A DNA stretch of 64,000 nucleotides from Neoconidiobolus thromboides FSU 785. Lineage: Eukaryota; Fungi; Entomophthoromycota. Location of the stretch: contig MU626333.1 in assembly GCA_025603075.1 (NCBI GenBank), forward strand, positions 29,239-93,238. The letters run 5' to 3'. The notes beneath the pieces are model-generated. The model was given only the letters and a program-made list of their open reading frames with translations. It was not told the DNA's origin and ran no database searches. Made by a program: the position numbers and the translations under genes. This document shows, one piece after another, positions 50,101 to 63,369 of the stretch (the first letter of the stretch is position 1; each line of letters starts with the position of its first letter).

Positions 50101-53100
50101 GTCCATTTGCTCGTGAAATTGTTAAAGAATTAATTGGTGCCGAATTAAATCCTGCTAATTATGGTAATTTATTTCGACATTTAGAAACTATTGTTGGTAG
50201 GTTCTTTAGTGAAGGTGGAGATGTTAGCTGTAATGATTCATATACTATGTTTGTTGAACAAGCTATATCTGTATTAAAATTAATATTGGACCGATTAAAT
50301 GAAAATGCGGAATATATATTTGCAGTCGATCTAGATATGGGTAATTTATTATCTTCATTTGCAAGATATTTAAATCATGCGGATAATTCACCAACTACCC
50401 TTCGAGTTAAAGTCAAAATGAGTCAATTGACTGAAATTTTAATGTTGAAAAAGGATTTAGTTAGTTTAAGACATGAATTTCATTTTCGTAATAAATTGTT
50501 AGAAAGTATGGTAGAATGGACTTCAGATTTTGCAAAAACAACGGATTTAGGTAGTCATGAGGAAAGTAGTGAAAAATTATTTCGAGATTTGGATTTGGCT
50601 TTAATGAAAACAGTAGTTTTATTATTAGACGGCTTGCCTTTATTAGCTCAAGATACCAAAAGTGAAGCAGAACGTATGGAAGCCAAATCCAAATTATTTT
50701 ATAAATATTTTTCTTATTTTATTAAATTATTAAATCGATGTCGTATATTAGAAACAATCGAAGTAGGAAGTCATTCTATTAGAGATAATAGTGATTTAAT
50801 GAATTTGTTATCCAAATCTAAAGAGTCTTTAAAAGATCTTGGTCCACTTAAAGATTATACTATTTTAGCTTTATCCAATTTATTAAGTGCTAATATTGAA
50901 TCTGGTTTAAAATATTCTTTATCTATGGGTTATCATGAAGATACTAAAACTAGATCCGCTTTTATGCAAGTATTAACCAATATTTTAAAACAAGGTACCG
51001 AATTTGCTACTTTGGGCCAAACCACAGATAAAGATCGATTTCAAAGGATATTTACTTTATTTGAAGAAGAAGATCTTACACTTGCTATGTCCTTATGTGA
51101 TGTATGCCCAGTTTCTGATGTAGATGATCTAAGTTCTGTATTATTAAATTTATTCGATAGTTTGGGTATAACAATTAAAGTATTAAAAGCAGTAATTGAA
51201 AAAGAAATTTATAAAACAGATTCGTCCCCTGAATTATTTCGTCGTAATTCAATGGCTAGTAGACTATTAGCTTCTTTTGCTAAACTTTATGGGGATGATT
51301 ATTTGAGAATTTGTTTACAACCTATCCTTGAAGAAATGGTTAATAATCCACGACCTTATGAAGTCGATCCATCTAAAATTGGACCTGGTTCCGATGGTGA
51401 AACCAATTTAGCCAATTTGAAAAAAATGTGTCAAGCTTTCCTTGATTCTATTATAGAATCTAGTCATAAAATACCTACTTCGTTGCGAGAAATTTGTAGT
51501 TATTTAGCTAAAGTAGTAGTTGAAAAATTCCCAGAAGCTAATACAACTTCGGTTGGTGGTCTTATGTTTTTACGTTTCTTTTGTCCAGCAATTGTAGCTC
51601 CTGATATTCAAGGATTAGTTAAAACAGTTACGGATAAAGATTTAAGACGTGGTTTACTTTTGATTACTAAAGTTATTCAAAATCTTGCTAACAATGTATT
51701 CTTTGGTGCCAAAGAAGCTTTTATGATTAGTTTAAATGATTTATTGACAGATTATATTCCCAAAGTTACTAATTATTTGGTAGAAATATCAACACCAATT
51801 GAAGGTGAAGTAGCTCAAGTTAATGAAGGTGTTAAATTGGAAGATGATGATGTGGCTCGTTTACATTATTATTTAGTAGAAAATATTGAACGTATGGGTA
51901 GAGATATTGCTACACACAAATTATATACTGCTTTTCCAATTACTCAACGTATTATAGATCCAACTTTATTTGAAAGAAAAAAAGCGGAATCTAAACATGC
52001 TTATTATAGATTGACCATTTTATTAGCTCAATTAGGTAATCCAGAAAAACAAGAAAAGAAAAAAATTGGGGTGCCAGCACCATCAGCTAAATCAGGTGAA
52101 CAAGCTTATAAAGATTTTATGACTAAAAATAGGAATAGAGATATTACTTCTATTGCAGAAAGGAAAATTTTTTATGAAGGTGGATTATCTAAAGAAAGAC
52201 GACCAGTATTTTACTTTATTGCGAGAAGATTAATTGCTGAAGCAATTGATTTTGATTTATTAATGGTACAAATTTTCTTATCGTTGGAAAAATATGCTGG
52301 TAAATCCTATGAATTATTATTTGATATAACTCAGTTTGGTGCACCTAATGAATTGCCTATTTTATTTGTAAATCAAATTTTTAGTGTTTTTCCAGCGGAA
52401 GCTCAACAATCCATTTCTTCCATTTATTTTTATAATGTTAATACAGCTTTTCAAAGATATACAAAATCATTAGATAAAACTTTACCATTTAAATTTGCAA
52501 AGAGAACTTCATTCCCATGTAATTTATCCGAATTAGCAGAATATATTCATCAAGTAGATATCAAACTACCACGTTTAACAATAGCATTAGAAGCAGAAAC
52601 TGGTATTGCCTTTTCACCAGTAACCTGTATTACCCATTTAAAGCAGCATGTACCATCCAGTATTAAAGTATTACAAGATACCTTACAAATCAATATGTTA
52701 AAAAAACAAGAGATCCTTGGGTTATCCTCTTATTTTAATGATGTTTATCATATTTCTCAAATAGATGATGTTAGTATCTCAAGTTATAAAGATGAAAATT
52801 GTTTAGCTATTAAATTTGATGGAGGTGCTTCTACAATGATGTTGATTTCTCCAAAAATTGATTTGATTTGTAAAGCTATTAGAAACGCTAAAGCACGTTA
52901 TCTTGTTTCTAAACCAGCTGGTATTGACGAACGTGTTATACGTCCAAATAATGTACCAGGTACTTTATTAAATATGGCCTTATTAAATTCAGGTAGTGAA
53001 GACCCTAATTTAAGATTAGCTTCTTACAATATGTTATTTGCGTTAAGTTCAGTATTCAAATTTGATGCAGGAAATCAATTAATGATAGCCAAAGATTTAT

Positions 53101-55274
53101 GTATTCCTGGAAATAATACCAGTTTTGTTTTAACGGTTAGTGAAAGATTAGCAGCAACAGAACCTCAATTAACATTTGAATTTTTAAGTGAATGCTTTGT
53201 GGGTATCAAAAATTCCACTACACCATTAAAGCATTTATGTTTAGAATATATGGCACCTTGGTTGAGTAATTTAACGTATTTATCACGCAATTCAGCTTTA
53301 GAAGCTGGGGGTATTCATAGTCGTACAAGAGAATTATTGATATTAATGTTCGATTTAACAGTTAAAGAAACTGAAATGGCGCCTTCTATTCAATCCAAAA
53401 TTTGGCGTACTATTGGTCAAGTAGATGAATTAATTGATTTGGTACTTGATACCATTGTACAATATGCAGTAGAACATGGCGCTGGTTCTGTACAATCTGA
53501 AATATTAGCAGATACAACAGTAACTTTATCAGCTGTTAATGTACGCGCTGGTAAATTAGTATCTAGATTAAGAAAATTGATATCTAAAACAGCAATCAGT
53601 CCGAAACGTATATTAACAGAACATGTGGCTTGGGTAGAGATTGCAGTATTAGTACGATTTAATTTAATGTTATCATTTAATAATCGATTTATTGCTCAAC
53701 ATTATTTACCTGAAGTATTTCATTCAGTTTCTATATTAGCTGCTTCCGGACCACCCATTATTCGATCTTCAATTCATGGCTTAGTTATTAATGTAATTCA
53801 ATCTCTATGTACTTGTTTACCATCCGATCATCCATCTTTACGTATCTTATCAAATTTGTTAGCAGATTTTTCAGAACCTAAATTCCGATTGTTATTTGGT
53901 TTAAATCGAGTCAATATTAATGCCTTTTCTAGATCAGCTGAAGCTAACATTGATACTAATGATCCAATTCCATTATCTAATCTAGAATCCATTGTTCATA
54001 CTTTATTAGATGTTATTAGCTATGGCTCAGTATCTGTTGATCAATCAAATATTTGGAGGGCACGTTGGATGTCTTTAGTAACAAGTACAGCCTTTCAATT
54101 TAATCCAGCAGTCCAACCGAGAGCCTTTATTGTATTAGGATGCTTAGCACGTGGTGAAGTAGACGATGATTTATTATATCAAATATTAGTAGCATTAAGA
54201 GGAGCATTGGAACTATTTGATGATACCGATTGTAATTTAATTGTATCAATTATACTATGTTTATCCAACATAATAGAAAACTTACCAGCTGATAGTAAAT
54301 ATTTACAACCTATGTTTTGGTTAGGGATTGCTTTTGTTGAAATTGGACATATGCCATTAGTTTCACCAGCAGTTAAATTAGTCGAAGTTGTAATTAAAAG
54401 GATGAATCTATACCATATGTTTACTAATGAAGCACCAAGTACTGTATTAATGAAAGCAAGACAACCCTTTGATCATGTATCTTCCAAACTAGATCAAGGT
54501 TTAGGTGTTAATTTTTCTACAGACTTTTCTTTTGCTTTTTCAGCAGTATTTTTAAGAGGTTTAAAACAATCATTAACAAAAGCATCAACATTAACTATGT
54601 TTAAATTAATGCTTGAAATTACACAAAAAGCATATTGTGAACCAAATCAACAACCACAAATCTTAGGTTATTTATGTGCCCAATTACCAATGGCAGCTAA
54701 AAATGGAGATTTAAAAGAATTATTAGAAGCAGCTAATATTGAAGATTGTGAAGTAGATAATAATGAATTAAACAATACCTATTTTAAAATATTTGATAAA
54801 TTACCTGTAACGGATAAAGTGAATACCATTCTCTTAATTTCAATGATGACTGGTTTGTTACAATATGCCGAATTTGAAGCTGAACATTTATTTTTATATG
54901 GGTTTTTGGCAGAGGCTGCTTTAGCTTATCCAGAAATCTTTTCTTTAGTGTAAGTTTATTTAATTATAATTATCTATAATCTCATTTATTAATATTGAAT
55001 TCTATATAGCCAAAAAAGACTAGTACCTAAAATGACTCAAGTTTTACATTCGAATCAAACAGCAGCTATTATAGATTCAGTGCAATCTATTTTATATACT
55101 GTGATTTCCAATCCCTTTTATAAAGGTACTTCTCATAAAGATATTTCCTTAGCATTAGAACCATTAGGTTTTGTGGGGTTATTAGAATGTGCAGCTATCC
55201 CTGATTTACCTAAAGATGAATTATTACACAATGCACGATTGGCCGCTGGTTTAGTAGAAAATATTATTGGTTAA
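47172..55274 (+). CDS. NF1: Neurofibromin / Ira1-Ira2-like RasGAP (~2650 aa): two short 5' exons, one ~7.47-kb exon (~47478-54950) and a terminal exon
   Basis: RasGAP arginine finger ELFRRNSMASRL, MFLRFFCPAIVAP (FLR motif), Sec14/PH region (FYEGGLSKERRPVFYFIARR; IRPNNVPGTLLNMALLN), NF1-type HEAT regions (WNWIETYP, WPLQVMLLVLCP, CLEYMAPWL); splice sites link exons from the ATG at 47172. Confidence 0.95.
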
Positions 55275-55494
55275 AATTATTGAAGACAGTTTTATTATTT
55301 TAATTCTATTTTATACAAAATGAATAAATAAATTTAATATTATTAAGGTTCTTATTAAAGAAAAGATAAGTTTTTTATTTAAATCAATTAAATAGAATTA
55401 TATAAAAGGAATGTGTGGAATCGAAAGAACTTTATAAGAGAGCGAAATAAGAAAGAGAAAAAAGAGAGTGAGTATATAATCAATAAGAATTCAA

Positions 55495-56226
55495 TTAAAA
55501 TACTTTATGATCAATAAATTTGAATTTATCTACTTTAGCACAGATATAGGCCATTGTCGTAATAATAGCTAAACAAATAGGGGTATCTAAATTTTGATAA
55601 AAGAATAAAGTACCTGGTTTTAGCAATTGATAATCTCTTTGAAATTTAGCAATTAATAAATTCTTTGATTTATTAATTAAATGATAACCCATTGGTTTAT
55701 GTTCATTGCCAATAGGTAATATATCTAATTTAAAATTCATATTGGAATTAATTAAATGTTTAATTTCCAACTCATAACTACGCCATTGAATAAAACCTAA
55801 ACTTAATAAATAAGGCGAATGTAAAATAAACTCATAACTTTGTTCAATATTAAATTTCAATTGATAACTCTTTCTTTTAATTGGTAACATACTAAATTTA
55901 CAATTTAATTCAATTATATTCTTTTCTTCTGTTTCAATTACATTATATTGATTTAGCTTTTTTAGCCCTCGAAATGTATATGCTATATCTTTTTTAAAAT
56001 CATTAATATAATAATAATTATGACCTAAGATACCTCGTTCACTAAAGATATATTGAGAATAAATTTGATTTGTATTTGGAAAATTGAGTTCACTAAGTTG
56101 TAAATTTAATCGACTTCGTTGACTTTTTTGACTACTATGGCTACTAGATATTATTGATGTAGAAGACATTGAATAAAATTGTTTCTAAATAATTAAAAGC
56201 TTAGTTACCTTGATATATTTCATAGC
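55495..56226 (-). CDS. Hypothetical protein, tubby-C/LURP-one/scramblase-like fold suspected
   Basis: 224-aa ORF (55495-56169) with a probable short upstream exon (ATG AAA TAT ATC AAG|gtaact); beta-strand-rich body ending in a hydrophobic helix (LDTPICLAIITTMAYIC). Confidence 0.6.
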
Positions 56227-57000
56227 TTCTATTTTTCAATACAAAAGTTAAATTTCCATCTTAACTTGATGTACCAATAAATTAAATTTCCGTATTATTT
56301 TTACATCTTTTGTCCTTTATAAAATTGAAGATTTTAGTTTGCTTGGGTCTTAAAATTTTCAGTTAATTAAATTGATTAACTAGAAGTAGTAAATCTCTTT
56401 TCATTGGTTTAAAAATAGAAAATTTAAGCTTATTTTAAAAAAAATTGAGATTTGAAAAAATTAAAAATGTACAAAGAATAATTGATATTTTCAATCTTTA
56501 AATTTAAATTTATATAGTTCTTATTTCTATAAATTATAGCGTCAAAATAAAAACCCCGCTTATTGACTTTCTTTTAATATCATATTGATTTTCTTTTTAT
56601 ATTTATTGACCTTCTTTTATAAACCTTTAATTGAATTTTTCCAAACCAATTGAACTTTTCTTAATAAGAAGCATTCCAAATTAGACCACCAAATAAACCT
56701 TACCACTAAAATAGACTTATAAAAATTCTTTTCACCATCAAAAATCATTCAATTTCAATAAGTTATTACTAAATAATGACTATTTCAATGATTTCGAAAT
56801 CATACTCTTATAATAACTTTTGAAGTTTAAATAACTATTACTCAAATTAAGTAAAATTAAGCTGTCACTTGTGTATCAATGAAATGATTTCAAAGGATGA
56901 TATCATTTTTGATCAATCCTTATGTTAAAAAAATTAGTATAAATTCAGATTGAAAGACAGTCAAAAACAAAGATTAAAATTAGGCATTGAATTTTAAATC

Positions 57001-57603
57001 ATGATAATTGTACGGGACACTACAAGTATGCGAAGTAATTCAATTAACAGTATGGAAGATGTTCCACTTCAAGAACTGGGGGATAATAATGTAACAAATA
57101 AAATGGAATTGATTTTAGAAGATAATAGTCATGTGAAAGATAATAAAATATGTTTATTGAAAGATAATAAAAATCAATATTTGGTTACATTATCCAGTCG
57201 AAGTAGTGGTATTATAATTGACCAAAATAAAGTACCTATTGGCTTAATATCAAAGAGTGGGCTAAATGGTCGGATATTGGGAGAATATACAATTAAATTA
57301 TATCTAGAAGAAAAGAAATTTACTGTAAAATTAAGTAAAACGAATAAATTAAGTAAGAACCCTAATGAATGGTTAATTCAAGTTAGTAAAGAACAAAGTA
57401 AAAAAATCAGCTTTTTAAGACATCGAAAACTAGTATTTTGTAAAGATAAAGAGATGGATAATTGGCATCTCTATTGTACAGGAATGGATTTAAACATTTT
57501 ATTATTAAGTGTATCACGGAATCAAATTGAATTTCATACCTTACTACCTAGTCATTTTAAGCTTCTGTTGGCTTTCTCTATTACTTTTATATTGAATCGT
57601 TAA
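57001..57603 (+). CDS. Hypothetical protein, tubby-C/LURP-like fold suspected (200 aa)
   Basis: Open 600-bp frame in very AT-rich DNA; beta-rich with a C-terminal hydrophobic helix (FKLLLAFSITFIL); divergent from the previous gene. Confidence 0.6.
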   Translation: MIIVRDTTSMRSNSINSMEDVPLQELGDNNVTNKMELILEDNSHVKDNKICLLKDNKNQYLVTLSSRSSGIIIDQNKVPIGLISKSGLNGRILGEYTIKLYLEEKKFTVKLSKTNKLSKNPNEWLIQVSKEQSKKISFLRHRKLVFCKDKEMDNWHLYCTGMDLNILLLSVSRNQIEFHTLLPSHFKLLLAFSITFILNR

Positions 57604-57848
57604 TTGTGTATATTAAAATTGTATTTAATTTGTAGTTTTGATATGTTCGATTTGATTATTTTTTAGTTTATTTTTTCAAAGCATCAAAATTGCATTTTTG
57701 CTTATAGATTCAGCCTAAGTTATTAAAGTCATTATGATGGGTATTAGTATTTATAAATAAAACACTATGTGATTTATAAAGTTAAAATTAATATTATAAT
57801 AAAAATCAATATTGGAGTAATATATAGTAGAGGCTATAAATAATATAT

Positions 57849-57943
57849 GTGGGTATTTTTTTGACTTCATTGTTTTTTCCATTCTTAAGCGCTACTTGAG
57901 TGTAAAAATTATTAGCAAAATTCTTAAACAAAAATATATCCCC
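57849..57943 (+). mobile_element. MITE family A copy
   Basis: Flanks ATAT/ATGT. Confidence 0.82.
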
Positions 57944-58170
57944 ATGTGATAATAATATATCTAGGCTTGCAAGTTTATGACAGTATCTGATAAAAATCGT
58001 ACTACAAATTTTAAATTAGTAAAAAACTTAGTTAATGCGTCTATTATATGATTGGTTTAAACCTAAGCCATCCAAAGAGAATATTCTTTAATATATTATA
58101 AAAAATAAAAATATATTATATTATTTTTTTTACCTCATTTTAATTAGACAACAATATAAAAAACAATAAA

Positions 58171-58599
58171 ATGAACAATCCCAAATCAGTAGCTTATGGA
58201 TGGTAAATAATAATCTAAGAATAATATCATAATTAATAAACTAATCAAATTCCACTTTTTAGGGCGGCATTAACAGTAGGTAAAGAACAAGCAATAAGGA
58301 ATTAATCAAATAAAATAATAATTAAAATTTCAAAATCCACCAGCTGCTGCTTTTTCTTATATTATGGCCAAAGATGAAATTGACAAAAGAAGAAAAGCTT
58401 ATGCTCATAAACAAGAGATATTAACTTGTAAGTTTTTATTTTAATCTTATTTGAGATATTTAGTCAACCTTGGATTTTTTTTCTCGCAGGGGAACAAAGA
58501 GTAGCCAACGAAGAAGCTAGATTAGCTAAAGAAAAACCAGCAGTTGAAAAAACAAAAGAGAATCCGATAGAGAAGACTACTTCACTAGAGAATAAATGA
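58171..58599 (+). CDS. Small single-TM fungal conserved protein (~80 aa; recalled as DUF4748-like), 4 exons including a 17-nt microexon
   Basis: Spliced product MNNPKSVAYGWAALTVAAAFSYIMAKDEIDKRRK...; split codons TG|G, G|CT and T|GG all join in frame. Family name is from memory, not from a search. Confidence 0.78.
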
Positions 58600-58695
58600 T
58601 AAATACAAGTAATCAAAATTATTTTACTAAAGAATAAAAGATAATGATATTTTATTGATTTATTATAAGAAATATTAAAGTTTTAAATAAAATAT

Positions 58696-60076
58696 TTAAC
58701 ACAAAGAGTCGTCATCCGATTCAATAATTTCTTGTTTTTGTTTTTCATTAGATGGAGGGATATCTCCTGGTTTAGGTTCATTAGAAGATAAGGTAGTAGT
58801 TGGCTGATCCTTAATAGGTAGTTTAACAGTAGAAGTACCAGGTAATTTTAATCGTTTAGCTACTTTTGCGATCTAAAAAATTATACAGTTTTTAATATAT
58901 GAATATTTTAATATATAAAATAGAAACTTACTTCATTATCCAAAAACAAAATGGCATTTTTATTTATACAGTTTAACCATTCTTCTTGATTACTATCTTC
59001 ATAATAACATAACAAAGATTGAATCATTTCATATTCACTAGAGCCAATAAAACCATTTCTTCAAATAAAATAGGTTAATAAATAGATTTATCAATAATAT
59101 TAATATTCACTTACTCACTATTACCCCAATCGATAATTTTTTTGCTAGCAATTGAATCACCATAAGCTAACCAAATAACAAATAAACTTAATATGATTTT
59201 ATTGGATGTGGATGGGTTAGTCAAATTATTAGTAATTTGTTTCATTTCTTTTAATACTTTATCCGCTTCGATCCAACTATTGAAAGTAATTAATTTAATA
59301 ATAATAAATAAACTAATTCTTACTTTTTTTCTCTTATCAATAAGCTTTGCCATTTTCGATAACTTTCAATACTGAATTTCCCTTTTTCTTCACTTACATA
59401 AATTTCACAAGCCAATTTTAATAATTCAATTGCTTTCTCTACTTCAATAGGTTCAAAGATCCTATTCATATGAAAAAATCAAAACCATTATTAAAATAAC
59501 ACCACTCTATATAAAACTTACTTTGCATATTTCTCTAACAATTGAGCTGCAATATCCATCGACCCAGATAATTTATAATAATCTGAACTAGTCATTAAAT
59601 GCCTATAAGCTACTTCATAATCTTGTAAATTTAAAGCTAACGAACTTGATTGTTCATAACATTTTCCGGCCATAAAATAACTAGATATTTGAAATAAGTT
59701 CCAATTAATATATTTGAAAAATAAACGGATAAAAGTAATATTTACTTATTGATTTCTAGATAATATTTACCCGCTAAATTATAAGTTTCTAATGCTGGTT
59801 TGTTATATTTAATACTTTTATAACAATTGGCTATAAGAGAGAAAAATTAGCTTTAATCATTATGGTATTGTTTTTTGTTTAGTTCCATATAGCTTACCAG
59901 CTTGTTCATAATATTGAGCTGCTATCGAATAATCGGGACTTGAAAACCAAGATTTTTTAGTACTAAAAGAGATGTACAAGTATTATTTAAATCCAAAGTT
60001 AGACATTAATATTAAGTTACGATTTTTCTGCTTTTTTCAGAAAGTCTTGTGCTTCTTGAAGTTTACTGTCTTCCAT
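58696..60076 (-). CDS. NAPG: Gamma-soluble NSF attachment protein, multi-exon
   Basis: MEDSKLQEAQDFLKKAEKS|TKKSWFSSPDYSIAAQYYEQA|ANCYK..., AGKCYEQ, EKAIELLKLACEIY, acidic C-terminus ESDDDSLC*. The WF..PDY..AA..Y..A start and terminal ...LC are typical of gamma-SNAP. Confidence 0.85.
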
Positions 60077-60421
60077 CAGATTTATTTTTATCAAAAAAGT
60101 TCTCTAGTAAATAATGTGATGCTATTATTTTTATCAATTTTTGGGTAGTCACTGAATTTAATTTAAACCTATTATAAGACTAAAAAAACTTGCCCAAAAA
60201 AAGTTCTACTCTTAAAGACTTTATTACATCACAATTATAAAAAAATCCAGCTTTTACTTAAATGTTTTTTCGATATAATTGTGATAATAAAAAGCTGCAT
60301 AAATTAGTTGGAATCAATAAAAAAATGAGATGAATTTATAAAATATAAATGATTTTCAACTTTATTACTATAATAAAACACACTTAAAGATATAACTAGT
60401 TACTGAAACTAGAAAAAAGGA

Positions 60422-61249
60422 TTAATCATCCGAGAGCATCGAATACTTTGAGTAGCCTTTTATAAAGGTGAAGCTCTTATTCTTAGTTCTCTTCAAGTTA
60501 GCAGCTGTTATAAATACAATAATAGGTTGAATAAAACCAGCTAAAGATTTAAGTAATATACTAGAATAAGCGACATTGACACTTAAACTTGGTAAGATAG
60601 TCAAGTTGGATAATACAAACAAAAATAATAAGAGGTAAGAAGAGAATAATACAATCAATGGGGATAAAAAGTTAACTAAGAATAAGACTAAAGAGTAATC
60701 ATGTTTTCTAAAGCATTGGAATAAATAAAAAGTGAATGTTATAGTTGAAAGTATTATAAATAAAATATAATAAGTATATAGATTTAAAACGACAACACCA
60801 TCATCACTTAATTCAATTATTTGATTCATACTACACCATAAAATTATATTCTCTATTAAACTGGATAGTAAAGCGACCATTAAAATGACCTTATAATGAG
60901 CGGAAGTAGCAGTTGTATAACTGTTTTTAAAATGGAAGAGTAGTACAAATAAATATAATACATAATAACGTTCTATAATACATTGTAAAATTGAATTTGC
61001 ATAATATAAAATTTGATTTAAATTATAAATGGAAATTATATGAGAGAGGATATTACTTGATTGATAAACTGTACTCATAACAATAATGGAATACATAGGT
61101 TGAATCTGCTCATTTCTTAATTTTTTATATTTTGGATTATTATAAATAAATAAATAAACTAAATTTAATAAGAGTGCTAATCCACTTATACCAATAGAAC
61201 TATATTGAGTTAGAAGTAAATTATTAGCGTCAGCATTATTGTCACTCAT
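60422..61249 (-). CDS. Multi-pass membrane protein, probably 7TM GPCR-like (275 aa)
   Basis: About 7 hydrophobic segments, short N-terminus, GFIQPIIVF in the last helix, basic cytosolic tail; intronless. Confidence 0.7.
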   Translation of the reverse strand: MSDNNADANNLLLTQYSSIGISGLALLLNLVYLFIYNNPKYKKLRNEQIQPMYSIIVMSTVYQSSNILSHIISIYNLNQILYYANSILQCIIERYYVLYLFVLLFHFKNSYTTATSAHYKVILMVALLSSLIENIILWCSMNQIIELSDDGVVVLNLYTYYILFIILSTITFTFYLFQCFRKHDYSLVLFLVNFLSPLIVLFSSYLLLFLFVLSNLTILPSLSVNVAYSSILLKSLAGFIQPIIVFITAANLKRTKNKSFTFIKGYSKYSMLSDD

Positions 61250-62105
61250 TATTATTATTATTGTTTTAGAATACGTTAAATTTTATCTATCTACTCTTAT
61301 TTATACTTTTTTCAATGCTACTACTATGTTTAACTTCCAAACTAAGAGTGGCAAAGCAAACAAAATGTGTAATAATTTTCAAGCTTGATTTAAATTAATA
61401 AAAAAAGGATGATCATTTGAATTTCTTATATCATTCATTTTATATCATTACTTTTATTTCAAACAAAAACGATATTAAGTGCTCGAGTTTTTTTAGTAGA
61501 GTACCTTTTTTAATTTATTTCTTTTTTCATTTAGTTACCCTTTCCACTTTATTTTTTAATAAATTCTCTGATTGCTTTAATCAATTTACTAGTTTTGTGT
61601 TCCTGCTTTCTATCAAATAAGTTTGAATTTAGTTTGTTCGAATTTAGTTTGAATTTGATGCTTATTGTACCAGTTTATGCCAATTCCTACATGATTTGAT
61701 TTTCGATAATCACTTTTGCATAATTTTTTGTCTGCAACATTGGCTATAATCATTTGCATATAGAAAATATTCAAAATTATTAGATAGTTATTTAACACTA
61801 GTCTGACATCTGATGAATCTTTTCTTTTAGTAGTTGACTTTATAATCTGGATTATTCAACGTCATTCTATCTTAATTAGAATCATATCTCATCAGACTTT
61901 TTCAATAATAGCATCAGCTAATGATCAAAAATTATTGGTAGTCAAAAAGTATTTCATGGTGTCATTCATATTTCCTTATTCTAAAGCTGATAAGGATCTC
62001 TTTAAGTCCTTTCTTTGGCTAAAGAGCCGCTAACTCTAACGCTTCCCTGCTTTTTTCACAACAATTTTCCATTTCATTGACTATTAATTCTCACATTCAC
62101 TACTT

Positions 62106-62200
62106 GGGAGTGTTTTTAATTTCATTATTTTTCCATTTTTTAAGCACTATTTAAGCGGAAATTTTGTTAGTAAAATTCTTAAACAAAAAAATACACCCTC
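62106..62200 (+). mobile_element. MITE family A copy
   Basis: TSD ACTT/ACTT. Confidence 0.88.
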
Positions 62201-62645
62201 ACTTGTTTTTATCAAATAAATCATTGTTCTTACAATCACTAAAGTGGAAAAATGGGTGATGGTTCAGATTTATTTGGGAAAATTTATTCTTGAAATCGCG
62301 CAAAAAATTATAAATTAGACAAGCTTGAATAGGTTTGCACTAGAATTTGTAAGTATAAGCACTTTTAATTCCATAATAAATTTTAAGGATTAGCACTAAA
62401 TTAAAATTTATAAGCGAAAGTTTAAATAAAATACTTGAATTAATATAAATTAAAAGTAAAATTTTAGTATTTATGATTTTTTTAGTTAATATCATATGAA
62501 AATTAGTCAGTCAGAACTTTTATAACGAGTTTTATAAAATAGTATAAACTATGTTTTTGTTTAAATATAACAAAAATTTAATTGTTTTTGTATTAATTAT
62601 TTAATGCAGATTTTTTATTTGTTGGTGTTGAAATAAAAGATCCTC

Positions 62646-62673
62646 AAATAATGAAATCAAAAAAAACATCCCC
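62646..62673 (-). mobile_element. MITE family A terminal fragment
   Basis: aaataatgaaatcaaaaaaaacatcccc is the reverse of the consensus 5' end. Confidence 0.6.
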
Positions 62674-63369
62674 GTATATTAAAAATTTTAAATAATGTTC
62701 TATATTAAATAATGATTTTAATGTTATAATTTTTTAGCATTTTTAACTTTGGAAATAAGTTGGTTGTACTATTAAATAGTATGTTAAAATTTTATAGTTT
62801 TTTTAATGTACATTTTTTAAGTTTATCCAATAAAAATTATTAGAAGAAATTATATATTAATAATGTTTAATGTTAAGATAAAGTCAAAAATGATATTTCA
62901 GCATCTATTTTATATGTATTCATTATTTATGAATGCTTCATAAAAAAATAAAGAAACATACGATTTTTTGTTACATGACTCAATATAAACCATTCAATTA
63001 CAACTCGATATTTTTCTGTTTATTTTTACATGTGGAAAATTTAGTTTATTTCGACAGCTTTATAAAGTGCTAGAATAGTGAGTAGGATCAAAAGGTTTGG
63101 TAGGCAAGAAGGGCATCCTATGAAGTTGACCATGTGGCCTTAATCAGTATATGATAGCAGTCATATTTTTTGGGAGAGGACCTTGATCGATAATAGATGT
63201 AAAGAAATTATTCGTATGATTACCTTTTTTTATGTACAATGTTATTATGAAGAGTTAGGAAAGGGCAAATTTATCGCATAACTTGCTCAAGTTGAAGTGA
63301 ATTAGTCATATTATATAAGCAGCTAATAAGTTAGAATAAAATCATCCCAGGCTAGGAAAAATAGTATAT

